Assembly: GCA_963663235.2 (NCBI GenBank)
Contig: CAXXNO010000012.1
Span: 64,001 to 128,000 of the forward strand
From: Dehalococcoidia bacterium
GTDB taxonomy: Bacteria > Chloroflexota > Dehalococcoidia > Bin125
Direction of reading: 5' to 3'
Length of the DNA: 64,000 nt
The position numbers and the translations under genes were made by a program. Positions 30,076-42,503 of this stretch are shown one piece after another. The notes under the pieces are model-generated. The model searched no databases. It saw only the letters and a program-made list of their open reading frames with translations, and had not been told where the DNA came from. Each line of letters opens with the position of its first letter. Within the stretch, counting starts at the first letter, position 1.

Positions 30076-31777
30076 GGCGCGAGCGCGCCGGAAGAGCGCC
30101 CGTGTCGACCCGGCGCGGCTATCGATCCTCGATTCCCTCGTGGCGGCAGTGGCGGAAGAGATGGGCGCGAGCCTGCGCCACACGGCCCTCTCGCCGAACA
30201 TCAAGGAGCGCCGCGACTACAGTTGCGCGGTCTTTGATGCCGAGGGCGACCTGCTGGCGCAGGCGGCCCACATCCCCGTCCACCTCGGGGCCATGCCGGA
30301 GTCCGTGCGGGCGGTGGCAGGACTGGCACCGTGGCAGCCGGGCGACATCGCCATCCTCAACGACCCGTTCCTGGGAGGCACCCACCTCCCGGACGTCACC
30401 ATGGTCTCGCCCGTCTTCGGGGCCGGACGGCGTCCGCGGTTGATCGGCTACGTGGCCAGCCGAGCGCACCAGGCCGACATCGGCGGCATGGCCCCGGGAT
30501 CGATGCCGGTGGCGACCGAGTTGATCCAAGAAGGGCTGATCATCCCGCCGATCCGGCTCTACCGCGGCGGCACCGTGATCCCGGAAACGCTGGCGCTGAT
30601 CTTGCGCAACGTGCGCACGCCCGACGAACGTCGCGGCGACCTGGACGCGCAGGTGGCCGCCCAGCGCACGGGCGAGCGGCGGTTGCGCGAGTTAGCCGCC
30701 CGCCTCGGCGAAGCCGAATACCGGCAGGCCGGGCGGGATCTGCTCGATTACGGCGAGCGGCTGGCTCACGCCTATCTGCGGGAGTTGCCGCGCGGTACCA
30801 CGACCTTCACGGATTACCTGGACAGCGACGGAGTGAGCCCCGGCGCGGTACCGATCACCGTGCGTCTCACGATCGATGGAGACGGGTGGCACCTGGACTT
30901 CCGTGGCTCCGCGCCGCAGCGGGCCGCGTCGATCAACGCCGTGGCCGCGGTGACGCGGTCCGCGACGTATTACGTCCTGCGCTGCCTGCTGCCGCCGGAG
31001 ACGCCCACGAACGGTGGTCTCTTCCGCCCGATCCGCTTCACCCTTCCGGAACGCTCGGTGGTCAACGCGCAACCGCCGGTGGCCGTGGCGGCGGGGAACG
31101 TGGAGACAAGCCAGCGGATCGTCGACGTGATCTGGGGGGCGCTGGCGCAGGCGCTGCCGGATCGGATGCCTGCGGCGTCCAGCGGCACGATGAACAACCT
31201 TGCGGCTGGAGGGATCGACCCGTCCAGCGGCGGACCCTGGGCGTATTACGAAACGATGGGAGGCGGCCACGGCGGTGGTCCAGCGGGAGGGGGGATCTCC
31301 GCCGCCCACAGCCACATGACCAATACGCTCAACACGCCCGCCGAGGCGCTGGAGATCGCGTATCCGATGCGGGTCCTGGAGTACGGGCTGCGACGCGGCA
31401 GCGGCGGGCGCGGCCGGCATCGGGGTGGGGACGGGCTGGTGCGTCGAACGCAGTTCCTGGCACCGGCCACGGTCACGATCATCAGCGAGCGGCGCGAGCG
31501 CAGGCCGTGGGGCCTGGCCGGTGGCCAGCCCGGCAAGGCGGGCCGCAACAGCCTGGAGCGCGCAGGGCGGCGGCGCGCGCTGCCGGGCAAAACGGTGTTC
31601 TCGGTGGAAGCCGGGGACGTGGTCCGAATCGAGACACCCGGCGGCGGGGGTTGGGGGATCATCGAATCCCGAGCCACCGAGCGAGCGGCTACACTAAAGA
31701 GGGAAAGTTCGACGGGGGAGGCCGCGGATGGCGGACCGGCTGGAACGGGAGATCGAAGACGTCCTCAGCAAGGTTGA
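30068..31777 (+). CDS. Hydantoinase B/oxoprolinase family protein
   Basis: SPNIKERRDYSCA, HIPVHLGAM, NDPFLGGTHLPD, TPGGGGWG. Confidence 0.95.
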   Translation: MARARARRKSARVDPARLSILDSLVAAVAEEMGASLRHTALSPNIKERRDYSCAVFDAEGDLLAQAAHIPVHLGAMPESVRAVAGLAPWQPGDIAILNDPFLGGTHLPDVTMVSPVFGAGRRPRLIGYVASRAHQADIGGMAPGSMPVATELIQEGLIIPPIRLYRGGTVIPETLALILRNVRTPDERRGDLDAQVAAQRTGERRLRELAARLGEAEYRQAGRDLLDYGERLAHAYLRELPRGTTTFTDYLDSDGVSPGAVPITVRLTIDGDGWHLDFRGSAPQRAASINAVAAVTRSATYYVLRCLLPPETPTNGGLFRPIRFTLPERSVVNAQPPVAVAAGNVETSQRIVDVIWGALAQALPDRMPAASSGTMNNLAAGGIDPSSGGPWAYYETMGGGHGGGPAGGGISAAHSHMTNTLNTPAEALEIAYPMRVLEYGLRRGSGGRGRHRGGDGLVRRTQFLAPATVTIISERRERRPWGLAGGQPGKAGRNSLERAGRRRALPGKTVFSVEAGDVVRIETPGGGGWGIIESRATERAATLKRESSTGEAADGGPAGTGDRRRPQQG

Positions 31778-32171
31778 GGACTTCGAGTGGCACCGCCAGC
31801 AGCGACGCCGACGGCAGCGGCGGCAGCGGCTTCAAGGCTTGCGGCCGCGCATCCCGTTTGGGGGGCGGTCCGGTCTCTGGCCCGCGCACGGCCGGTTCAG
31901 ACGCGTCAAGCCGGGGCATGTCATGCTGGGCGGCTTCTTCCTGGTGGCGGCGTCGTTTTCGTTCGGTCCGGGCGGCGTCTGGACGTGGCTTCTCTTTGGC
32001 GGGGTCGGGCTCTTCCTGGGCGCGATGCTCTGGAGCCGTCGGCGTGGTCCGAGCGGTCCGAGCGGCCCGAGCGGCGGGCGATCGCGCGGCGGCTGGTGGC
32101 GCGATCGCTACATCACTTACGACGAGCCTTCGCGGACCGCCCGCCCCCCGTTCTGGCGCCGACGCCGGTAG
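31728..32171 (+). CDS. Hypothetical membrane protein
   Basis: GGGGAGG RBS, DRLEREIEDVL, two TM segments, WRDRYI.Y tail. Confidence 0.75.
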   Translation: MADRLEREIEDVLSKVEDFEWHRQQRRRRQRRQRLQGLRPRIPFGGRSGLWPAHGRFRRVKPGHVMLGGFFLVAASFSFGPGGVWTWLLFGGVGLFLGAMLWSRRRGPSGPSGPSGGRSRGGWWRDRYITYDEPSRTARPPFWRRRR

Positions 32172-33657
32172 CCGCGCAGCGACGCGACTCCGCACCGGAA
32201 CCGTCTGGCTCGCCCCGCTGCTGGCGGCCGTGGTGGTTGTCGCCGCCTGCAGCAGCGGGGACGGAACCAGTCCACCGGCGGACGGACCCGAGTCCACCGA
32301 TACCCAGGCGGACCAGAGCGCTCCACCCGTCGAAGCGGAGACGGCGGAGACGGCCGAGCCGGAGGAGGGAGCGCAAGAGCCGCCTCCGCTCGAGGAATCG
32401 ATTGACGAGGCGCCCGCCGGAAACCCGGAGCCGGACCCGCCGGGACCGCCGCTCCCCTACGACAACGCCCACGCGCTCTCGGTGATCGAAGAGCTGGCGG
32501 TCCGGATCGGTCCGCGGGTGAAGGGCACCGACGGCGAACGGGCCGCGGGCGATTTTCTATCGGAGCGCTTCGCGTCGTTCGGGTACGAGGTGGAACGGCA
32601 GCGGTTCCCCATCACGCGCTTCGAGATCCTCGAAGCCGAGGTGCGGGTGAACGGGACATCGATCGGGGCGCGTGTGATGGGCGGGTCGGCAAGCGGTACC
32701 GCGGAAGGGCCGCTGATTCTCGTCCCCGGCCTGGGCGACGCCAGCGACTACAGCGCGCTCGACGTCCGCGGTGCGGTAGTCCTCGTCGAACGTGGGGTGC
32801 TGTTCTTCCAAGACAAGGTCGACATCGCCGAGTCAGAGGGCGCCGCGGCGATCATCATCTACAACAACGATGGCGGGCCGTTCGACGGCTTCCTGGGGGC
32901 CGGGTCGACCATCCCCGCGCTGAGCCTGGACCGGGAGAGCGGGCTGGCGTTGCGAGAAGCGGAGGGCACGACAGCGGGCATCACGATCGAAGCGGGCAGC
33001 GCGCGCGCAGAGTCAGAGAACATCATCGCCAGCGTGAGCGGCGGCCCCTGCCGCCTGTACGTGGGCGGACACTACGACAGCGTGACCAACGTACCCGGCG
33101 CGAACGACAACGCCAGCGGCACGGCGCTCGTGCTGGAGCTCGCGCGCGCCTTCGCGGAGAGCGCGGGCGTCGAGGAGGTCTGCTTCGTCGCTTTCGGGGC
33201 CGAGGAGGGGGGAGGCGGCAGCGGCGGCCTCGAGGGCAGCCGCTTCCTGGTGCGGCGGTTGCAGGAGAGCGGAGCGGCCGCGGAGGTCCGAGCGATGCTG
33301 AACCTGGACGCCATCGGAAGCGGCACGTCCGTCCGGCTTGTGGGCTCCCCGTCGCTGGCCGATATGGCCCGGACGCTGGCGGACGCTCTGGACATCTTCG
33401 TCGTCCCGGGCGGGCTGCCGATCGGCACGGGCTCCGACCATGTGAATTTCGATGCGATCGGCGTCCCGGTGATCTTCCCGACCGTCTTCGGGGCCGAGAT
33501 CCATGTCCCGGCGGACAACTTCGCCAACATCGATCCAGCGCTTGTCGAGCGCATCGGGTTGCTGGCCCACGGCATCCTGCAGTGCCTCATTGCGCAGGAG
33601 AACGGCGAAGCGTTGAGCGGCGACACGTGTCTCGCGCTGGTGCAAGCCGCTGCCTGA
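32170..33657 (+). CDS. M28 family aminopeptidase with PA domain, lipoprotein (start codon uncertain)
   Basis: Lipobox VAAC, PA domain (LVERG..F..K), GHYDSV, GANDNASG, GAEE, NLD, SDH. No in-frame start codon ahead of the signal peptide. Confidence 0.85.
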   Translation, partial: SRAATRLRTGTVWLAPLLAAVVVVAACSSGDGTSPPADGPESTDTQADQSAPPVEAETAETAEPEEGAQEPPPLEESIDEAPAGNPEPDPPGPPLPYDNAHALSVIEELAVRIGPRVKGTDGERAAGDFLSERFASFGYEVERQRFPITRFEILEAEVRVNGTSIGARVMGGSASGTAEGPLILVPGLGDASDYSALDVRGAVVLVERGVLFFQDKVDIAESEGAAAIIIYNNDGGPFDGFLGAGSTIPALSLDRESGLALREAEGTTAGITIEAGSARAESENIIASVSGGPCRLYVGGHYDSVTNVPGANDNASGTALVLELARAFAESAGVEEVCFVAFGAEEGGGGSGGLEGSRFLVRRLQESGAAAEVRAMLNLDAIGSGTSVRLVGSPSLADMARTLADALDIFVVPGGLPIGTGSDHVNFDAIGVPVIFPTVFGAEIHVPADNFANIDPALVERIGLLAHGILQCLIAQENGEALSGDTCLALVQAAA

Positions 33658-33727
33658 CGGAACGGTGATTGAGCCGGCGCGCAGGCGAGCCTACACTTCA
33701 AGAACGGGCGGATTGAGGGGTCACACC

Positions 33728-34357
33728 GTGCGCCAGTGGCTCATGGGGCTGGCGACCGCCGGCACGCTGATCGGTGTTGCGGCCTGCGGCGGAGACGACA
33801 GTCCCAGCACGGGGTCCTCAGATGGGTCCGTCTCCGCCGACGGCGCCGAGATCCCCGTCGAACCGTTTCCCGAGACGCTGCCCGACGCGTTTATCTTCCG
33901 CGGCGAGGAAACCGAGGCCGCAGCCGAAGCCGAGCAGGAGGAAGTCCTCTACATCGTTCAGGCAGGCGACACGCTGGCGCTGATCGCGGAGCGGTTCGAC
34001 ACCGCGGCGGAGGAGATCCAGCGGCTCAACGGGATCGCCGATCCGTCGATCCTGAGCGTGGGCGACGAGCTGCGGATCCCCGTCCCGGTGGTGGACCGCA
34101 TCGCCGCGATCCAGGACGACGACGGTGAGGCCGTGGAGGCCGCCCTTCCGCCCGGCGAACCGTACACAATCCAGCCGGGTGACACGTTGTTCGACATCGG
34201 CACCGCGCTCGGCATTCCCTGGCAGACGATCGCCGCCTATAACCAGCTGACCGACTTCGAGGCCACGAACTTGACGACGGGACGGGTCATCATCATCCCG
34301 CCGCAAGAGGAAGAGGCGGCGGAAGAGAGCGACGAGCCGAGCGAGCCGCCCGGATAG
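33728..34357 (+). CDS. Lipoprotein with two LysM domains
   Basis: VAAC lipobox; YIVQAGDTL..IA.RF and YTIQPGDTL..I. Confidence 0.9.
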   Translation: MRQWLMGLATAGTLIGVAACGGDDSPSTGSSDGSVSADGAEIPVEPFPETLPDAFIFRGEETEAAAEAEQEEVLYIVQAGDTLALIAERFDTAAEEIQRLNGIADPSILSVGDELRIPVPVVDRIAAIQDDDGEAVEAALPPGEPYTIQPGDTLFDIGTALGIPWQTIAAYNQLTDFEATNLTTGRVIIIPPQEEEAAEESDEPSEPPG

Positions 34358-34521
34358 GGCAGCGCCGGGCCGCGAGGCGCTGCGGACGTCCGTCGACCGC
34401 GCCCGGGGCCTATGATAGCCTTCGATGGCGCGCCTCCGGATGGCCCGCGCAGCACGCCTCCGCAGGCGGCCATCGGAGGCTGTCTTCTCGTCCGGCGGAG
34501 AACAAGGAGCGGGCATCAGGT

Positions 34522-36135
34522 ATGGCCATCCGTCAGGAACGAGCGCAGCCGTCCGCGAAGACGGAGCCCGAGGCCGCCGCGCCCGCCAGCGCCGATGAGA
34601 AGCTGGCGGAGACGGAGCGCCGCAAGGCGCAGGGCCGGCTGGGGGGCGGCGAGCAAGCGACCAAGCGGCAGCACGAGCGGGGCAAACTGACCGCGCGGGA
34701 GCGCCTGAATCTGCTGTTCGATGATGACTCCTTTGAAGAGATCGATTCGCTGGTCACGCACCGGACCACGCGTTTTGGGCTAGACAAACAGCAGTACTAC
34801 GGCGACGCCGTGGTCTCCGGATACGGCAGCATCGACGGGCGGACGGTCTTCGCCTATTCACAAGACTTCACCGTGCTCGGCGGATCGCTCTCAGAAGTGG
34901 TGGCCGAAAAGATCGTCAAGGTGCAGGACTTGTCGCTCAAGGTGGGGGCGCCGATCGTCGCGCTGAACGACGGCGGCGGAGCCCGCATCCAAGAAGGGGT
35001 CTCGTCGCTGCGGGGGTACGGCGAGATCTTCCTGCGCAACACGCTGGCGTCGGGGGTGGTGCCGCAGATCGGGGTGAGCATGGGGCCGACGGCCGGCGGC
35101 GGGGTGTATTCACCGGCCATCATGGACTTCATTTTCATGGTGGACGGCATCGGGCAGATGTACATCACCGGCCCCGACGTGGTCCGCGCCGTGAGCGGCG
35201 AAGAGGTGAGCCACGAAGAGTTGGGCGGGGCACGGACTCATGCAACGCGGAGCGGGGTGGCCCACTTCGCCATCGCCGGAGAAGAGGCCACGCTGGAAGC
35301 GGTACGCGACCTTCTCTCGTATCTGCCCTCCACGAACATGGACACTCCCCCCTATGAGGACAGTGGCGACGACCCGGAACGTCGCACCGAGGAGCTCCTG
35401 GAGATCGTGCCGACGGACGCCAGCAAGCCCTACGACATCCGCGATGTGATTCGCAGCATCGTGGACCACGGTGAGTTCCTGGAGGTGCACGCGCTGTGGG
35501 CGCGCAACATCGCCGTGGGGCTCGGACGGATGGGCGGCCATACGGTGGGGCTGGTGGGTAACGCGCCGGACGCGCTGGCGGGCGTGCTGGACATCGACGC
35601 CTCGCGGAAAGCGGCGCGCTTCGTCCGCTTCTGCGACTGTTTCAACATTCCGCTGGTCACATTGGTGGACGTCCCCGGTTTTCTGCCCGGCACTCAGCAA
35701 GAGTACGGGGGGATCATCGTGCACGGGGCCAAGTTGCTCTACGCCTACGCGGAAGCCACCGTGCCCAAGATCTCCGTCACCCTGCGCAAGGCATACGGGG
35801 GCGCCCACATTGTCATGAGCAGCCGGTACCTACGCGGCGACGTGAACCTGGCCTGGCCGAACGCCGAGATCGCCGTGATGGGCGCAGAGGGTGCGGTGAG
35901 CATCATCCATCGCCGTACACTGAGTAAGGCTAACGATGCCGTCGCCGAGCGCGCGCGGTTGATCCGCGAATTCGAGGTCGAGTTCTCCACGCCGTACCAA
36001 GCGGCGCAACTCGGCTACATCGACGACGTGATCGACCCGCGCGATACGCGCCGGCGCGTGATCCGCGCGCTGGAGATGCTTGCCAACAAAGCGGACAGCA
36101 ATCCGCCCAAGAAGCACGGCAACATCCCGCTGTAG
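34522..36135 (+). CDS. pccB: Acyl-CoA (propionyl-CoA) carboxylase beta subunit
   Basis: GKLTARER, GGARIQEG, DVPGFLPG, RKAYGGA, KKHGNIPL. Confidence 0.93.
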   Translation: MAIRQERAQPSAKTEPEAAAPASADEKLAETERRKAQGRLGGGEQATKRQHERGKLTARERLNLLFDDDSFEEIDSLVTHRTTRFGLDKQQYYGDAVVSGYGSIDGRTVFAYSQDFTVLGGSLSEVVAEKIVKVQDLSLKVGAPIVALNDGGGARIQEGVSSLRGYGEIFLRNTLASGVVPQIGVSMGPTAGGGVYSPAIMDFIFMVDGIGQMYITGPDVVRAVSGEEVSHEELGGARTHATRSGVAHFAIAGEEATLEAVRDLLSYLPSTNMDTPPYEDSGDDPERRTEELLEIVPTDASKPYDIRDVIRSIVDHGEFLEVHALWARNIAVGLGRMGGHTVGLVGNAPDALAGVLDIDASRKAARFVRFCDCFNIPLVTLVDVPGFLPGTQQEYGGIIVHGAKLLYAYAEATVPKISVTLRKAYGGAHIVMSSRYLRGDVNLAWPNAEIAVMGAEGAVSIIHRRTLSKANDAVAERARLIREFEVEFSTPYQAAQLGYIDDVIDPRDTRRRVIRALEMLANKADSNPPKKHGNIPL

Positions 36136-36184
36136 AGCCCGTTCACTACGGCGGGGCGTCCGGATCGGTGGAGGGAGCGTTAGC

Positions 36185-38458
36185 GTGTCGATTTTCGAAG
36201 CGGACACGGTGGCGCGTATCGAGGCCGCGTACGGCCGCACGGCCGTGAACATCGCGACCGCGCGGCGGCGACTCGGCCGCGCGCTGAGCCTCACAGAGAA
36301 GGTGCTCTTCGGTCACATGCACGATCCGGCCGGGCAAGGGCTGGAGCGAGACGTCGATCACGTCATGCTGATCCCTGATCGCGTCGCGCTGCAAGACGCG
36401 ACGGCGCAAATGACGCTCCTGCAGTTCGAGTTGGCCGGACTCCAGCGGGTGCAGACGCCTACGACCGTGCACTGCGATCACCTCATCCAGGCGCGCGTGG
36501 GAGCGGACGCGGACCTCAAGGTATCGATCGACGAGAACCGCGAAGTGTTCGAGTTCCTCCAGAGCGCCTCCGCCCGCTATGGCGCCGGCTTCTGGCAGCC
36601 AGGATCCGGGATCATCCACCAAGTCGTGTTCGAGCATTACGCCTTCCCGGGCGGCCTCATGATCGGGACGGACAGTCATACGCCCAACGCCGGAGGGCTG
36701 GGGATGCTGGCCATCGGCGTGGGCGGAGCGGAGGCGGTGGATGTGATGGCGGGGCTGCCTTGGGGCGTGACCCTGCCCACGCTGATCGGCGTCTATCTCA
36801 CCGGGGAGCTGAGGGGCTGGACCTCATCGAAAGACGTGATCTTGCGTGTGGCCGAGGAGTTGACCGTCAAGGGCGGGACGGGCGCGATCGTCGAGTACTT
36901 CGGGCCGGGGGTCGCATCGATCAGCGCGACCGGGCGGGGCACGATCACCAACATGGGCGCCGAGAGCGGGGCCACGACCTCGGTCTTTCCGTACGACGAT
37001 CGCACTGTCGCTTACCTGCAGGCGACCGATCGGGGCGTGATCGCCGAGGTGGCCGAGCGGCACCGAAGCGACCTGCAGCCGGACCCGGAGATGGAGGCGC
37101 AGCGGTCGCAGATCTTCGATCGGTTGGTCACGATCGATCTCGACGAGCTAGAGCCCAGCTGGGTGGGGCCGCACACGCCGGACCTGCGCCACCGGATCTC
37201 GCAGATGCAGGACGACGTCCAGCGTGAGGGGTATCCGGCGACCATCAAGGATGCGCTGATCGGATCGTGCACGAACAGCTCGTACGAAGATTTGAGCCGG
37301 GCGGCGCACGTAGCGCGCCAAGCCACCGCAGCGGGGCTGCGGATGCGGACGCCGTTGCTGGTGACCCCCGGCTCCGAGCAGATCCGGGCGACGGCCGCCC
37401 GGGACGGGCAACTGGCGGCCTTTGAAGAGGCCGGGGCCACCGTGCTGGCCAACGCTTGCGGCCCTTGCATCGGCCAGTGGAAGCGGACGGACATCGAAGC
37501 AGGGGAGCGGAACACGATCGTAACGTCGTTCAACCGCAATTTCCCCCGCCGCAATGACGGCAATGCCGAAACGCTGGCGTTCATCGGCAGCCCGGAGATC
37601 GTCGTGGCAGCGGTGTTCGCCGGGGACCTGCGGTTCGATCCACAGTTGGACGCGATCCGCCGGGAGGACGGCAGCCTGTTCCGATTTGCGCCGCCCAGGG
37701 GCGATGAGCTGCCGCAGCGCGGGTTCACGCCGGGCGAGGAGGGGTACGTGCCGCCGCCGAAGGACGGCAGCGGCGTAATGGTGCAAGTGGACCCGCGGAG
37801 CGAACGGCTGCAACGACTGGAGCCCTTCGCGCCGTGGGACGGCAAAGATCTCGCGGAGCTCGTGCCGCTGCTGAAAGCGCGGGGGAAGTGCACCACGGAC
37901 CACATCTCTCCGGCCGGCCCCTGGCTGCGGTTCCGAGGCCACCTGGACAACATCTCCGACAACCTGTTCATCGGGGTCAACAATGCCTTCGGCGGAACCG
38001 GGACCGGGAGCAACGTCCTGTCCGGTGAGCGCGATCTGCCGCTGTCGAAAATCGCACGGGCGTACAAGGCAGCGGGAGTGGCCTGGGTGGCGATCGGCGA
38101 CGAGAACTACGGAGAGGGGTCCAGCCGGGAGCACGCGGCGATGGAGCCGCGCCACCTGGGCGGCCGCGCCGTGATCGCGCGGAGCTTCGCGCGGATCCAC
38201 GAAACCAACCTGAAGAAGCAAGGGCTGCTAGCGCTGACGTTCGCCGACGCAGGCGACTACGACAAGATCGGCGCAGAGGATCGCCTGAGCATCGTGGGGC
38301 TGGGGGGGCTGGCGCCCGGGAAGCGAGTGCGGGTCAACATCCGCCATCCCGACGAGTCGGAGGAATCGATCGAGGTACGCCACTCGATGACCGCGGAGCA
38401 GATCGAGTGGTTCAAGGCCGGCAGCGCGCTCAACATGCTCGCGACCGGGCCGCGTTAG
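36185..38458 (+). CDS. Aconitate hydratase (mitochondrial-type)
   Basis: DRVALQDATAQM, VHCDH, GTDSHT, IGSCTNSSYED, NACGPCIGQW, NYGEGSSREHAA. Confidence 0.95.
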   Translation: MSIFEADTVARIEAAYGRTAVNIATARRRLGRALSLTEKVLFGHMHDPAGQGLERDVDHVMLIPDRVALQDATAQMTLLQFELAGLQRVQTPTTVHCDHLIQARVGADADLKVSIDENREVFEFLQSASARYGAGFWQPGSGIIHQVVFEHYAFPGGLMIGTDSHTPNAGGLGMLAIGVGGAEAVDVMAGLPWGVTLPTLIGVYLTGELRGWTSSKDVILRVAEELTVKGGTGAIVEYFGPGVASISATGRGTITNMGAESGATTSVFPYDDRTVAYLQATDRGVIAEVAERHRSDLQPDPEMEAQRSQIFDRLVTIDLDELEPSWVGPHTPDLRHRISQMQDDVQREGYPATIKDALIGSCTNSSYEDLSRAAHVARQATAAGLRMRTPLLVTPGSEQIRATAARDGQLAAFEEAGATVLANACGPCIGQWKRTDIEAGERNTIVTSFNRNFPRRNDGNAETLAFIGSPEIVVAAVFAGDLRFDPQLDAIRREDGSLFRFAPPRGDELPQRGFTPGEEGYVPPPKDGSGVMVQVDPRSERLQRLEPFAPWDGKDLAELVPLLKARGKCTTDHISPAGPWLRFRGHLDNISDNLFIGVNNAFGGTGTGSNVLSGERDLPLSKIARAYKAAGVAWVAIGDENYGEGSSREHAAMEPRHLGGRAVIARSFARIHETNLKKQGLLALTFADAGDYDKIGAEDRLSIVGLGGLAPGKRVRVNIRHPDESEESIEVRHSMTAEQIEWFKAGSALNMLATGPR

Positions 38459-39448
<990 letters not shown>

Positions 39449-39539
39449 CAGCGGCGGCGACCACGAGCGATCACGGCGCACTGGGCCAGGCGTGGAGCGG
39501 AAGGCCGCGCGCGCCGGCCGGGACACGACGGGAGCGACG

Positions 39540-40934
<1,395 letters not shown>

Positions 40935-40987
40935 TCGCGCTCGGTACCGCGGGGTGAGGCGGCGCGGATCGTACGCGGCGGCGGCGT

Positions 40988-41562
40988 GGGAGGGAACCTC
41001 ACCCCCTAGCCCTCCTTCGACAAGCTCAGGACAGGCCCCTCTCCATCGGCAAGCGATGGAGAGGGGGAAGAGAAGCGTGTGTCGTCGTGCGCGGCGGCGG
41101 CGGGGGAGGGAACCTCACCCCCTCGCCCTCCTTCGACAAGCTCAGGACAGGCCCCTCCATCGGCAAGCGATGGAGAGGGGGAAGAGAAGCGTGTGTCGTC
41201 GTGCGCGGCGGCGGCGGGGGAGGGAACCTCACCCCCTCGCCCTCCTTCGACAAGCTCAGGACAGGCCCCTCTCCATCGGCAAGCGATGGAGAGAAAAAAA
41301 AGAAGCGGACGCGGCCTCACCCCCGGCCCTCCTTCGACAGGCTTGGGGGGAACGGCCGGGCTGCCCGCTCTCCTTCGACTTCGCTCAGGACGAACGGGGC
41401 GGGAAAAAGAACCTCACCCCCTGGCCCCCTCTCCATCGACAAGCGATGGAGAGGGGGAAGGGCGAGAAGCGTGTGTCGTCGTGCGCGGCGGCGTCGCGGA
41501 CCGCCGCGGGGCGGCCCTTCGACGGGCTCAAGACAGGCCCTTCGGCAGGCTCAGGACAGGCA
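40988..41562. repeat. Cluster of composite REP-like repeats; three tandem units (periods 116 and 114 bp) plus shuffled modules
   Basis: AGGGAACCTCACCCCCT at 40991, 41107 and 41221. Modules CCTTCGACAAGCTCAGGACAGG and hairpin CCCCTCTCCATCG-GCAAG-CGATGGAGAGGGG. Confidence 0.9.
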
Positions 41563-41625
41563 GGACACACGGGTGTCCCCTAGGCGGCGCGATCGCTAGC
41601 ATCGGCGACGCGAAAGGGGTGGCAG

Positions 41626-42105
41626 ATGGCGAAGCGCCGCAACGAGATCGCGATGACCGACGAAGAGGTGAAGGCGTTCCTGGAAGAGGGGCAGAAGCCG
41701 GGGCAGGCGCTGGAAGTGGCGTCGATCGGGCCGGACGGCTATCCGCATCAAGTGGCGATGTGGTACACGCTGCTGGACGGGAAGATCGCCTTCACCACCT
41801 ACGCCAAGGCGCAGAAGGTGCTGAACCTGCAACGGAATCCCAAGATCTCGTGCATGCTGGAGGCCGGCGACACCTACCCCCAGTTGCGCGGACTGGTCAT
41901 TGAGGGCGACGCGGAGATCATCGACGACCCGGAGATCGTCTATGAAGTGCTCAAGCGGTCGTCGGCGAACCACGTCGAGGGCAACCCGATGCACGAGGCG
42001 ACCGATGAGCAGAAGCGCAAAGTGGCCAGCAAACGGGTGGTAATCAAGGTCAACCCGGCGAACGTGTATTCCTGGGACCACCGCAAGCTGGGCGGGGTGT
42101 ATTAG
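41626..42105 (+). CDS. Pyridoxamine 5'-phosphate oxidase-like split beta-barrel (probable F420-binding FDOR-B)
   Basis: IAMTDEEV..FL, G.PH...MWY, QKVLNL.RNP, SWDHRKLGG. Confidence 0.88.
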   Translation: MAKRRNEIAMTDEEVKAFLEEGQKPGQALEVASIGPDGYPHQVAMWYTLLDGKIAFTTYAKAQKVLNLQRNPKISCMLEAGDTYPQLRGLVIEGDAEIIDDPEIVYEVLKRSSANHVEGNPMHEATDEQKRKVASKRVVIKVNPANVYSWDHRKLGGVY

Positions 42106-42127
42106 CTCCATTGCGGGCAGGGCGTGG

Positions 42128-42460
42128 ACCTCACCCCCTGGCCCTCCTTCGACTCGCCTGCGGCTCGCTCAGGACAGGCCCTCTCCATCCTTCCCAGGAG
42201 GGAAGGATGGAGAGGGGGAAGAAAAAAGAAGCGGACGCGGCCTCACCCCCGGCCTCGCTCCAGCGCAGGTGATGGAGAGGGAGGAGAGTGGGAAACCGTC
42301 CTTCCCTTCCCCCTCTCCATCGGCAAGCGATGGAGAGGGGGAAGGGAAGGACGGATCGCAGGGCCGCCCCGTTCTCCTTCGACCCATCGACGGGCTCAGG
42401 ACAGGCCCTTCGGCAGGCTCAGGACAGGCTTCGCTCAGGACGAACGGGGCGGGAGAGGGG
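42128..42460. repeat. Second composite REP-like repeat cluster
   Basis: Same modules: CCTCACCCCC, CTTCGAC..GCTCAGGACAGG, CCCTCTCCATC..GATGGAGAGGG, CTTCGCTCAGGACGAACGG. Confidence 0.88.
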
Positions 42461-42503
42461 CGTTTGATGCCATCGCGGGCGGGGCGTGGGAGACGGCGCG
42501 GCG

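Noticed and set aside
30331-33657. 1108-aa ORF as one giant protein
   Set aside because: The first ~610 aa are an off-frame shadow of hydantoinase B and the membrane-protein gene; only the M28 part is protein-like.
40988-41300. Regularly spaced repeats as a possible CRISPR array
   Set aside because: The intervening sequences are near-identical rather than unique spacers, the period is about 115 bp, and there are no cas genes.
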